64,000 nt of DNA from an uncultured bacterium (lineage in GTDB: Bacteria > Omnitrophota > Gorgyraeia > Duberdicusellales > CBEUCJ01). Made by a program: the position numbers and the translations under genes. Position 1 is the first letter of the stretch, and every line of letters begins with the position of its first letter. The notes below the pieces were generated by a model that saw only the letters and a program-made list of their open reading frames with translations, had not been told where the DNA came from and did not search any database. Below are positions 51,146 to 60,186 of this stretch, one piece after another. The stretch is taken from NCBI GenBank assembly GCA_965541615.1, contig CBEUCJ010000002.1:159795-223794 (forward strand), in the 5' to 3' direction.

Positions 51146-51877
51146 TTACAACAAATCCCACATTCCAAATCCTTGAGAGTTTTTTGTGCCTAAACCTGTA
51201 TAATAAGAAAGTTCTAAGATTTTGGGTTCAGATTCTAAAATATAACTTCCCATCCAGGCTTTTATTACTGTGCCTTTGTAAATTATTATTTTTTTATCTT
51301 TTTTGAAATCTAATTTGAAAGGCGTTATTTTAAAAAAGAAATCTTTTTCTTCTCCAAATACTAACTTATATTTTTTCTTTAAATTTTCTTTTAGAAGTTG
51401 AGAAAATTCAGATTCTTGAGGAGAGTAATAATATGTTCTCTTCTTATTTGAATTTTTAAAAGTGCTATAAACTGTTAATGGTGAGAGCATCTTTATTTTT
51501 ATTCTTTTTTCTTTAAATTCAGGTCTTTTTAGAACTTTTATCTCTTCAATAAAAACCTTATTTTTATCTAAATAAAACTCTTGTTTTTTCAACATACCTT
51601 CAGCTAAGTTTTGCAAAATTTCAATCTTTGGAGATGAGATTAAAAAATTCACAGGAGGTTGAAACTCAAAATTATCAGAATTAATCTTAAACTTTCCATT
51701 CAATCTGGAAAAACAAAACAATTTAAACCTTCTCTTTTCATATCTGAAACCTTCTGAATGCAAAAATCTTCTAAAAATAGGCTCAAAAAGAGAGTAAATA
51801 AAACCTTGCAAAATACGATTGTAATGCTTGGGAAGCTTTATAGTGGAATCTGAATTTAATAAAATTTTTAATCTCAC
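51146..51877 (-). CDS. cas6: orphan Cas6 (MRLKI-type N-terminus as in Cas6 of type I/III systems)
   Basis: 243 aa; MRLKILLNSDSTIKLP start and C-terminal G-rich loop GLGTKNSQGFGMW; 7 kb from the csm operon with non-cas genes between. Confidence 0.6.
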   Translation of the reverse strand: MRLKILLNSDSTIKLPKHYNRILQGFIYSLFEPIFRRFLHSEGFRYEKRRFKLFCFSRLNGKFKINSDNFEFQPPVNFLISSPKIEILQNLAEGMLKKQEFYLDKNKVFIEEIKVLKRPEFKEKRIKIKMLSPLTVYSTFKNSNKKRTYYYSPQESEFSQLLKENLKKKYKLVFGEEKDFFFKITPFKLDFKKDKKIIIYKGTVIKAWMGSYILESEPKILELSYYTGLGTKNSQGFGMWDLL

Positions 51878-51880
51878 TTT

Positions 51881-52393
51881 TTAAAATAAAGGAATCTCTT
51901 TTATATCTAAAACTTTGCAGATACGGATAAGAGTTTCTAAAGTAATATTGATTTTTCCTTTTTCTATTTTAGAAATATCTGGTTGCCTTAACCCTGTCTT
52001 TAAAGCTAAATCTTTCTGATTATAGCCTTTCTCCAATCTTTTTTCTTTTAAAAATTCACCTATTCTTTTTAAATCTTTGTTAATATAACTTTTCTGAATC
52101 TTTTTAATTCTCTTCTTTTTTAAAATAACTTCATAAATAGAATCCCACCAGTATAAAAAGTCCTCAGATTGTCTTCTTTTTAACCAGTATCTTCTTATTT
52201 TAGGCCAGTTCTCTATAAATTTTTCTTTGTCAATAATCTCAAATACTTCCTTAGGCTTATCACACCTGCTTAAGAAAGTATAAGCTTTTATAACAAACTG
52301 AGGATGCAAAGGATCTTTTAGAATTTTTTCTACTTCTTTTAGCGCTTGAGCATTATACTCCCAGAAATATTTTTTTATATCTACTTTTTTCAT
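51881..52393 (-). CDS. XRE-family HTH protein (C-terminal HTH)
   Basis: 170 aa; ...GYNQKDLALKTGLRQPDISKIEKGK; 4-nt overlap with the upstream NTase gene. Confidence 0.5.
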   Translation of the reverse strand: MKKVDIKKYFWEYNAQALKEVEKILKDPLHPQFVIKAYTFLSRCDKPKEVFEIIDKEKFIENWPKIRRYWLKRRQSEDFLYWWDSIYEVILKKKRIKKIQKSYINKDLKRIGEFLKEKRLEKGYNQKDLALKTGLRQPDISKIEKGKINITLETLIRICKVLDIKEIPLF

Positions 52394-53097
52394 AATACTT
52401 CTTCTGTAATTTTTTCTATTTCTCTATCAAAATATCTAATCACTTCTTTAGAATCAAAATTTTTATCATAGATATCTAAAGCTAATGCTTCTATTTTAAA
52501 TTCCTCTCGAGAATAGGTTCTATACCAGTAAATTAAACCCCTTTTGTAATGAAGAGGTAATTTTTTAACAAACTTATGCAAAGGACAAATTTTTTTTGAA
52601 AGATAATAAAGATCTACAATATCTCTTGCCTCTCCTCTTCCTGTAAATATTTCTTTGCCTACATCATCTAATTTCAATCTTGTGCCTATGAGAGCTAAAA
52701 TTTTTTGATAATAGATATTTTTAACATCATAAACAGGAATTTGATTAAATCTTTTAATTGTTGGTTTTTTAAAAATAACATCTTCTATAAAGTCTATCTT
52801 CAAGGGAAATTTTGCTTCTTTGATATCTACAACATAAAATCTGACTTTGGCTTTTCCTTCTATATTTAATTCATTTTCTAACTTTAACTTTTTCCCTAAG
52901 GCTTTATTAAATTCTTTAACTAATTTATCGATTTCAGATACTTTATATTGAGAAGAAAAGAAATCTAAATCTTTTGAGAATCTGTGTTTAAGATAGAACA
53001 ACTCTAAAGCTGATCCACCACTTAAAGCAAAGGTTTCTCTAAATTGAGAAAAAATTTTAAGTATTTCCAATTGAACTTTTCTTAACGCTTTATCCAT
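52390..53097 (-). CDS. AbiEii/MenT-like nucleotidyltransferase (DUF1814-type)
   Basis: 235 aa; GGSALELFYLKHRFSKDLDFF and GRGEARDIVDLYYL. Confidence 0.65.
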   Translation of the reverse strand: MDKALRKVQLEILKIFSQFRETFALSGGSALELFYLKHRFSKDLDFFSSQYKVSEIDKLVKEFNKALGKKLKLENELNIEGKAKVRFYVVDIKEAKFPLKIDFIEDVIFKKPTIKRFNQIPVYDVKNIYYQKILALIGTRLKLDDVGKEIFTGRGEARDIVDLYYLSKKICPLHKFVKKLPLHYKRGLIYWYRTYSREEFKIEALALDIYDKNFDSKEVIRYFDREIEKITEEVL

Positions 53098-53160
53098 AAA
53101 TTAATATGTATTATATCCTATATTTAGTATAGATTATAACCTATTAATTTTCAAGACCTA

Positions 53161-54519
53161 TCAATTCTTACTGATGATGAATTCTTTAATTTTTTGGGTG
53201 TCAGCTTCTAAAATATAAAATTTCTTTTCTCTTTTTTTCAAAATCTCTATTTTTTCTGATAAGGGCTTTTTTATACCTATCTTTTCATAAACCTGAGGGA
53301 ATTTTGCAGGGCAAGCTGTAGCTAAAGAAATCTTTGGAGTTTTATCTTCAACTTTTAGTAAAGCTTTCACTCCACAGGCAGTATGAGGGCAGATTAAATA
53401 GTTATATTTTTCATAGACTTCTTTTATTGTTTCTAAAGCTTCTTTTTGATTTACAGAAAAAGAAATAAAATCTTCTTGAACTTTTTTAACCTCAAGTTCA
53501 GAAAATTTTAAAGCCTTTTTTTCTTTAAATTCTTCCATCTTTTTTTTAACAATCTCTGGATCTTCATCATAAAAATAATATAAATACCTTTCAAAATTGC
53601 TGGCAACTTGAATATCCATTGCTGGAGAAATTGTCTTTATAACTTCTCTTACACTGTAATCACCTGAATTTACAAATCTTGTTAAAATATCATTTTCATT
53701 TGTAGCCAAAATCAACTTCTTTATAGGCAGACCCATTCTTTTTGCTAAATACCCAGCAAATATATTCCCAAAATTTCCTGTAGGAACACTAAAATAAATT
53801 TCTTCTTTTCCAGATTTAAAAAAACTGTAAAAATAATAAACAGTCTGAGCTAAAATCCTGGCAAAGTTTATGGAGTTGACAGCTCCTAAGTTATATTTTG
53901 CTTTGAATTCTAAATCTGAAAACAAATCTTTTACAATCTGCTGACAATCATCAAAAGTTCCTTTAACTGCTATTGGATAAATATTACTAGATTCAGTTGC
54001 TGTCATTTGTAATTCTTGAAGTTGACTTATTCTCTGGTAAGGATACAAAATAAAGACTTTTATATTTTCTTTATCTTTCAAAGCCCAAATAGCAGCAGAG
54101 CCTGTATCACCTGAGGTGGCTCCCAAAACATTCATTTTTTTATTTTCTTCTTTTAAGATGTATTCAAATAGATTTCCTAAAAATTGAAGAGCAATATCTT
54201 TAAAAGATAATGTAGGACCATAAAAAAGCTCTAAAATATAAAAATCTTTTAAATCTACTAAATTAACAACATTCTCAGTATCAAAATTTTTATAACTTTT
54301 CTCTATTAACTCTTTTAAATCTTTTTCAGGAATATCTGTCATAAATAATTTAAAAATCTCAAAAGCTAATTCTCTGTAAGATAAAGTTTTTAATCCAGAT
54401 AAATCTTGTTTGGGGATAAACTCTGGAAGGATTAAACCTCCATCATCTGCTAAACCCATTAAAACAGTCTCTTTAAAACTTATATTCCTGATTCTGCCTC
54501 TTGTGCTTTTATACTTCAT
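53161..54519 (-). CDS. thrC: threonine synthase
   Basis: 452 aa; PLP-lysine region FKDIALQFLG, GATSGDTGSAA, PTGNFGNIFAGY. Confidence 0.85.
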   Translation of the reverse strand: MKYKSTRGRIRNISFKETVLMGLADDGGLILPEFIPKQDLSGLKTLSYRELAFEIFKLFMTDIPEKDLKELIEKSYKNFDTENVVNLVDLKDFYILELFYGPTLSFKDIALQFLGNLFEYILKEENKKMNVLGATSGDTGSAAIWALKDKENIKVFILYPYQRISQLQELQMTATESSNIYPIAVKGTFDDCQQIVKDLFSDLEFKAKYNLGAVNSINFARILAQTVYYFYSFFKSGKEEIYFSVPTGNFGNIFAGYLAKRMGLPIKKLILATNENDILTRFVNSGDYSVREVIKTISPAMDIQVASNFERYLYYFYDEDPEIVKKKMEEFKEKKALKFSELEVKKVQEDFISFSVNQKEALETIKEVYEKYNYLICPHTACGVKALLKVEDKTPKISLATACPAKFPQVYEKIGIKKPLSEKIEILKKREKKFYILEADTQKIKEFIISKN

Positions 54520-55186
54520 GTTTTAAACTATTTTGAGTCCCTAAAAGAATATCTTTTGCTATTACTTGAAGTTCTTTATAAATTTCATCTATATCATATT
54601 CTTTTGCCCATCTTATTTTTTTTAACTCTTCCTTAGGCATAGTTTTGATTATTTTTGAAACTCTTATAGGATTTATCAAAGCCTTTTTTGAAGCTATGTC
54701 CATAATCTCTTTCCACAAAAAACTTCTATTTTTAGATACTATCCAGATATCAACTATATCTTTAGCTTCATATCTTTCTATGGAAGTGATTTTATTAGCT
54801 AAAATATTTATCTCATTATCTACAAATTTAAACTCATTAAAACTTTTTAAGTTCCCCCATCTGAAAACAGCTTCATTAACAAAGTCTACTTTTAATTTGA
54901 CTCCTTCTTTTTTTAAATAAATTCTACTAAAGGTGTCAGAGACGACTTCAGCTTCCCATTCAATGTCAGAAGGTAATCTTTCTAATATATCTCTTATATA
55001 TTTTTTAAAATCTGAAAGTTCTTTTTGAGAGAAAAAATCTAAATCTTCTGAATATCTATGTTGAAAATAAAATCTTGCTAAAGCTGTGTCCCCTGTAAGA
55101 TAGAAAGCTTCATATTTATTTAAGATGGAAAAAATCTCATTTTGCAAAGGATAATTTTTTTTTTCAAAAAACTCTTTATAATTCAC
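54509..55186 (-). CDS. AbiEii/MenT-like nucleotidyltransferase (second copy)
   Basis: 225 aa; GDTALARFYFQHRYSEDLDFF and YEAKDIVDIWIV; 11-nt overlap with the thrC start. Confidence 0.65.
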   Translation of the reverse strand: MNYKEFFEKKNYPLQNEIFSILNKYEAFYLTGDTALARFYFQHRYSEDLDFFSQKELSDFKKYIRDILERLPSDIEWEAEVVSDTFSRIYLKKEGVKLKVDFVNEAVFRWGNLKSFNEFKFVDNEINILANKITSIERYEAKDIVDIWIVSKNRSFLWKEIMDIASKKALINPIRVSKIIKTMPKEELKKIRWAKEYDIDEIYKELQVIAKDILLGTQNSLKHEV

Positions 55187-55466
55187 TTAGAACCTCTCTG
55201 GCATAAATAAAATCCTGCCTGAGGCTTTCTATATGGATGTATTTCAAAACTTCATCATTTAAAATCTCTTTTAAAATATGTGGGCCAAAAATTTCTAACA
55301 GTTTATACCAGTTTACACTTAAAAGGAGTCTGGCTAAAATTTTTTCTCTATTTAAAGAAAAACTTTTTTTTCTTCCTTCCAGAATTTGAATAAGCTCTTC
55401 TAAAGAAACTTCATAATCCCATACAATTTTTTTTAATTCTTCTTTAAGCTTTTCATTTATATTCAT
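55176..55466 (-). CDS. small protein upstream of the NTase (candidate cognate antitoxin)
   Basis: 96 aa; overlaps the NTase start by 11 nt; no recognised motif. Confidence 0.3.
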   Translation of the reverse strand: MNINEKLKEELKKIVWDYEVSLEELIQILEGRKKSFSLNREKILARLLLSVNWYKLLEIFGPHILKEILNDEVLKYIHIESLRQDFIYAREVLSEL

Positions 55467-55467
55467 T

Positions 55468-56010
55468 TTAAAGATAATCTTTAAAGATTTTTTTAAAGAC
55501 TTCTAATCCTATGTTTAAAGATTTATCATCATATAAAACCATTCTGATTCTTTTTAAATATCTTAAATTTGGAATTTCAGACAAAATTGTTTTAAAAGCT
55601 ACCTCTAAACCTTCATCTAAAGGATAACCAAATATACCAGTAGATATTGCACAAAAAGCTATAGAATCCAATTCATATTCTTCAGCTAACTTCAAACAAT
55701 TCTTGTAACATTCTGCTAATTTTTTCTCAGGATCTTTTTCTCTATAATAAACAGGTCCTAAAGTATGTATTACATATTCATTTGGCAAATTGTAACCTTT
55801 AGTAATCACAGCTTGACCTGTTTTAATGGGTGCTAATCTCTTACACTCTTCATAAAGCTCAGGACCTGCAGCTCTATGAATTGCACCTGCTACTCCTCCA
55901 CCTGGTGCTAATTGAGCATTGGCTGCATTTACTACAGCTTTAAAGCCTTTTTGCTTTGTAATATCTCCTTGAACACACTCTACCAGAATATCGTTAATTC
56001 TTACTTCCAT
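55468..56010 (-). CDS. stand-alone macro domain protein (MacroD/YmdB-like ADP-ribose hydrolase)
   Basis: 180 aa; VVNAANAQLAPGGGVAGAIHRAAGPEL. Confidence 0.8.
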   Translation of the reverse strand: MEVRINDILVECVQGDITKQKGFKAVVNAANAQLAPGGGVAGAIHRAAGPELYEECKRLAPIKTGQAVITKGYNLPNEYVIHTLGPVYYREKDPEKKLAECYKNCLKLAEEYELDSIAFCAISTGIFGYPLDEGLEVAFKTILSEIPNLRYLKRIRMVLYDDKSLNIGLEVFKKIFKDYL

Positions 56011-56477
56011 AGATTTTTATTATAACATTTTTTTAGAATATTTAATAGCTCTGTCCTTTTAGCTTTTGGTATCTGAGATACTAACAGTTTATTTTTAAAA
56101 AACCCACACCCTAAAACTTTATCTTCAAAACTTATAGCTACATACCCTTCTTTTAGCTCTTTTTTTTCAAATTTAATCTTTTGTCTTTCCAAAATCTCTA
56201 TTAACTCTTCTAACTTTAAATCTACTTTGTTTTCTTTTATTTGCTTATTTAAAAAAATCAACCCCCAAGAAGTAGGTTTTAATTCATCTTTTCTAATTAC
56301 CCTCAACAAAGGTATCCCTAAAGAAATGATTTTATTTAAAGAAATATCTTTCTCAAATTTATTTACCCATATTATTTTTCCTCTAAATATTAAGTTAAGA
56401 TTGCGCCAAAAATCTTTAGAAACTCTAAATCTTTCAAAAAAGAAATTTTTCACCTTTTCTTTTAATTCAAGATTCAT
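56001..56477 (-). CDS. hypothetical protein, possibly the detached PUA-like C-terminal domain of RsmF
   Basis: 158 aa; ATGA overlap with the upstream methyltransferase; ...EGYVAISFEDKVLGCGFFKNKLLVSQIPKAKRTEL. Confidence 0.3.
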   Translation of the reverse strand: MNLELKEKVKNFFFERFRVSKDFWRNLNLIFRGKIIWVNKFEKDISLNKIISLGIPLLRVIRKDELKPTSWGLIFLNKQIKENKVDLKLEELIEILERQKIKFEKKELKEGYVAISFEDKVLGCGFFKNKLLVSQIPKAKRTELLNILKKCYNKNLWK

Positions 56478-57373
56478 TTTGCTTTTATCAATTTAGCTAC
56501 AAAACCTCCTCCTGAAAAAAGATGATGAGGATACACCCTCATACATAATTCTAAATCCTGATTAAATTCTTTTCTTTGCCAACGAGTTAATCCTTTCTGA
56601 TGGGGAATATTTAAATCTATCTTTACTAACTTAACATTCTTTTTATTTAACACATAGTTAACTACCTCTTCATTCTCTTCAGGGCTAAAAGTGCAGGTAG
56701 AATAAACTATTATGCCTCCAGGTTTTACTAAATCCACAGCTTTACTTAATAATCCTTTTTGAAGACCTGAAATTTTTTTTATAAAGTGTGTATCTACATA
56801 GTTTTTTTTATTATCATAAATTCTGTTTGCTTCAGCACTACAAGGAGCATCTACCAACACTTTATCGAATTCTATTTTATGTGGAAAAAATAAACCATTA
56901 AAATTTGTAACGATTGTGTTTAAAACTCCCAATTTATAAATGTTAGCCATTAAAGCTCTCTGTCTTTTAAAATTTATATCATTTGCAACTACCAGACCCT
57001 TATTTTGCATTAGTTGAGCAATGAAAGTAGTCTTTCCTCCAGGAGCTGCGCATAAATCTAAAATCTTTTCTCCAGCTTTTGGATCCAAAGCTAAGACAGG
57101 TATCAAAGAGCTTATCTCTTGAATGTAAAAATAACCTAAATAAAATTCCAAAGTATCAGCTATACTTAATTGACTTTCTACTTCAAAGACTATTTTAAAA
57201 TATTTATTTGGTTTTAATTTCCAGCCTTTTTCAGTCAGAATTCTGCTTAATTTAGAAGGAGTTATTTTCAATGTGTTTACTCTTATAGTTTGAATCAAAG
57301 GTTTCTTAACTGCATCTAAAAATTCATTATAATTTTGTATTATCTCTTTGTATCTTTCTATTATAAGGACCAT
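56474..57373 (-). CDS. RsmB/RsmF (NOL1/NOP2/Sun) family RNA m5C methyltransferase catalytic domain
   Basis: 299 aa; LDLCAAPGGKTT (motif I), DAPCS (motif IV Pro-Cys), YSTCT (motif VI). Confidence 0.75.
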   Translation of the reverse strand: MVLIIERYKEIIQNYNEFLDAVKKPLIQTIRVNTLKITPSKLSRILTEKGWKLKPNKYFKIVFEVESQLSIADTLEFYLGYFYIQEISSLIPVLALDPKAGEKILDLCAAPGGKTTFIAQLMQNKGLVVANDINFKRQRALMANIYKLGVLNTIVTNFNGLFFPHKIEFDKVLVDAPCSAEANRIYDNKKNYVDTHFIKKISGLQKGLLSKAVDLVKPGGIIVYSTCTFSPEENEEVVNYVLNKKNVKLVKIDLNIPHQKGLTRWQRKEFNQDLELCMRVYPHHLFSGGGFVAKLIKAK

Positions 57374-58095
57374 TTAGATAAAAGAGGAATTTGTTTTATT
57401 TTTGAACTATCTAAAATTTCTTTTATGATGCCATCAGGTCTTTCTATCTTTCTTGAAATCCTTATCAATCTTTTAGGAGTAGCTATCAAATCAATGCAGA
57501 CATCATGTATACTGTAAGGTAACTTTTCAAAAATTTGAATCTCTGATATAGTTGTAGCTATTTTTATATCTTTTTCTATCTTTTTGTATTCTAAAAGGAT
57601 AGCGAATTCTAAATCTGAGAATCCTTCTGATTTTCCTATTCTTACTCCCTCTAAAGAACAAGCTAAACTCCCTTCAACCATGAATTCTATTTTCGGAAGT
57701 TTATTTATTGAAATTAATCTTCCAAATTTAAACATACCTCTTATAGTTGAAGCAAATTTTGGGTCTTTTACTTTTTCTAAAAGTAAAAATCCTTTTTTTA
57801 ATTTAGGAGTAGGGACTATTAATATTTTATTCTGCTTTAAAGCTAATTCTCTCAAAATTCTTTGAGGAGAATCTGGATTTATTTTTATTACATAACTTTC
57901 TTTCCATTCTTGAGTTTGAGCTAAATTTAAACCAGCTTTTTCTGCTCCTACAAAATTAGGGATCCTGCCTTTAATTGGAAAAGGAGGTCTTGCTAGATTT
58001 AAGTCCTCTAATCTTTGCCAGACCTCTTCTCTTATTTTTGACTTTTCTCTTTTAACCTTTTCAAAATGAAGAATATCTTTTCTTTCGATGGGAAT
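57361..58095 (-). CDS. 5-formyltetrahydrofolate cyclo-ligase-like protein (COG0212); no canonical start codon upstream of the internal TTG at 57855
   Basis: Frame open from immediately after the upstream gene's TAG (58096-58098): IPIERKDILHFEKVKREKSKIREEVWQRLEDL...RIPNFVGAEKAG...GVRIGKSEGFSDLEF; first in-frame ATG/GTG/TTG is the TTG at 57853-57855. Confidence 0.4.
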   Translation of the reverse strand: MPIERKDILHFEKVKREKSKIREEVWQRLEDLNLARPPFPIKGRIPNFVGAEKAGLNLAQTQEWKESYVIKINPDSPQRILRELALKQNKILIVPTPKLKKGFLLLEKVKDPKFASTIRGMFKFGRLISINKLPKIEFMVEGSLACSLEGVRIGKSEGFSDLEFAILLEYKKIEKDIKIATTISEIQIFEKLPYSIHDVCIDLIATPKRLIRISRKIERPDGIIKEILDSSKIKQIPLLSKWSL

Positions 58096-58548
58096 CTATT
58101 TAGAAGATTTTTTAACTGAAACTTCTCCTAAATTTACTCCTTTTTGAGTTAATCTCTTTTTTTCTCTTTGAAGTTTATCAGAAATATTCTGCAAAGTAAA
58201 TCTTAATTCTTGGATTTCTCTAAGAGAATTTTGGGATGCTAAATAAAGTTCTTTTAGACTTTTTTCTAATTCTTTAACTTTAGATAAAATCTTTTCATTC
58301 TCTTGCTTTTCTGCATTTAACTCTTCTATAGTGGTCCTTAACCTTTTTTCATTGTTACGTAATTTTTGATTTAAAAGGTCTAAAAAATTCTCTACTTTTC
58401 TTAACTTTCTTTGGAGGAAAAATTGATCATCTTTAAGATTAAGAACTTCTTTTACTTGTTGCTGATAGTAATAAACACCAACTACTAAATTAGCTATAAA
58501 GAGGACAAATAATAATATTAATGAAAAGACTATTGCTTTTGATTTCAT
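58096..58548 (-). CDS. membrane-anchored coiled-coil protein
   Basis: 150 aa; N-terminal TM helix then heptad-rich coiled coil. Confidence 0.35.
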   Translation of the reverse strand: MKSKAIVFSLILLFVLFIANLVVGVYYYQQQVKEVLNLKDDQFFLQRKLRKVENFLDLLNQKLRNNEKRLRTTIEELNAEKQENEKILSKVKELEKSLKELYLASQNSLREIQELRFTLQNISDKLQREKKRLTQKGVNLGEVSVKKSSK

Positions 58549-58607
58549 GGTTTTTCACCTCCTCTTTAGCAGTTATTTTACCAATCTAGTAATTTTTGTT
58601 CAAGGAT

Positions 58608-59264
58608 TTATAAACTAAAAATCTTATCACAAAAAGAATTGAGTATTTGAATATTGTGGGAGATTAAAATAATAGTTAAATTAAATGTTTCATTAAGATT
58701 TTTTAATAATTTTAATATTTGAACTTGGAGATTTAAATCTAAAAAGGAAATTATCTCATCACATATTAAAACTTTAGGATCACATTCTAAAGCTAAAGCT
58801 AAACACACTCTTTGACGTTGTCCTCCTGATAATTGAAAAGGGTAAGAATCTAAAATTTCTAAAGGCAAATTTACTTTTTCCAAACTCTTTTTCATAATAT
58901 CTGTCCATTCTGACTTTTGATTTTTATACCATACCCTTAAAGGTTCAGTTAAAAGTTCTTTAATTTTAAGCCTTGGGTTTAAACTCGCTAAAGGATTTTG
59001 GGGGATGTATTTTACATCTTTCTTTATATTTTTTATAAAATCTGGATTCCAATTTACATCTCCTTCATCAAAAGGTAATAAACCCGCTATTATCTTTGCT
59101 AAAGTACTTTTACCTGCTCCAGTCTTTCCTGCAATTCCAAATATACTTTTAAATTCAACTGAAAAATTCAAATTTTTAAACACATAAAATCTCTCTTTTT
59201 TAAAGATCCCTTTTTTGTAAGTAAAACTTTTAGTTAAGTTTTTTACCTCTAATAAAGGTGGCAT
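58608..59264 (-). CDS. oppF: oligopeptide/dipeptide ABC transporter ATP-binding protein (short form)
   Basis: 218 aa; Walker A GKTGAGKST, LSGGQRQR signature. Confidence 0.8.
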   Translation of the reverse strand: MPPLLEVKNLTKSFTYKKGIFKKERFYVFKNLNFSVEFKSIFGIAGKTGAGKSTLAKIIAGLLPFDEGDVNWNPDFIKNIKKDVKYIPQNPLASLNPRLKIKELLTEPLRVWYKNQKSEWTDIMKKSLEKVNLPLEILDSYPFQLSGGQRQRVCLALALECDPKVLICDEIISFLDLNLQVQILKLLKNLNETFNLTIILISHNIQILNSFCDKIFSL

Positions 59265-60184
59265 CTCACACTCTCAATATCATTTAATCTTTTCAAAAAA
59301 GGAGGTTTTCTTTCACATATACTCTTTGCATACTCACAAAAACTATAAAACACACATCCAAAAGGTGTCTCTTTTCTTAACTTTTCCAAAGTGTAAATTT
59401 TTCTTTCTCTTATCCCTTCAAAAGTCTCCAATAAACTTTTAGTATAAGGATGCAAAGGTTTATTAAAAATATTTGAAATGGTATTCTTTTCTAAGATTTG
59501 ACCTTTATAAATTACATAAACTTTTTCAGCTAAAGATTTAGCTAACTCCAAATCATGAGTAATCAATAATAGAGCACTTTCAGAATCTGAAAAAACATCT
59601 TTTAAAAAATTTGTTATCTCTTTTGCTGTAAAAAAATCTAAAGAACTTGTAGGTTCATCTGCTATGATTAACTCAGGATTTAAAGCTGTAGCTATTGCTA
59701 TCATTATTCTTTGATTCATTCCACCAGAGAGTTCATGAGGATAAGAATTGTAAACTCTCAAAGGCTCTGAAAACTTTAATCTTTCTAAGAGTTTTAAAGT
59801 CTCTAAGTAAGAGCCTTTTTTGCTCATTTTTCGGTGAAAGTAAAATACTTCTCTTATCTGTTCACCTGCTTTCATTAAAGGATCTAAATAACTAAAAGGT
59901 TCTTGAAAAATGTAAGAGATTTGAGCTCCTCTTATTTTTTCTAAATCAGCTTCTTTTAATCTAAGAATATCTTTATTTTTAAATATTATCTTCCCTTCTT
60001 TATACCTTGCATTTTGAGGTAAAAGCTTAGTTATAGAAAGCCCTACAGTACTTTTTCCTGCTCCACTTTCTCCAATTAAGACTACTCTTTCGGTTTTCTC
60101 TACCTCTAAGTCTATTTCTTTGCAAGCTATGAATTCTTTTTTTCCTTTTAGGTAACTTACACTTAAGTTTTGAATCTTTAACAT
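59249..60184 (-). CDS. oppD: oligopeptide/dipeptide ABC transporter ATP-binding protein
   Basis: 311 aa; GESGAGKST, LSGGMNQR. Confidence 0.8.
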   Translation of the reverse strand: MLKIQNLSVSYLKGKKEFIACKEIDLEVEKTERVVLIGESGAGKSTVGLSITKLLPQNARYKEGKIIFKNKDILRLKEADLEKIRGAQISYIFQEPFSYLDPLMKAGEQIREVFYFHRKMSKKGSYLETLKLLERLKFSEPLRVYNSYPHELSGGMNQRIMIAIATALNPELIIADEPTSSLDFFTAKEITNFLKDVFSDSESALLLITHDLELAKSLAEKVYVIYKGQILEKNTISNIFNKPLHPYTKSLLETFEGIRERKIYTLEKLRKETPFGCVFYSFCEYAKSICERKPPFLKRLNDIESVRCHLY

Positions 60185-60186
60185 AC

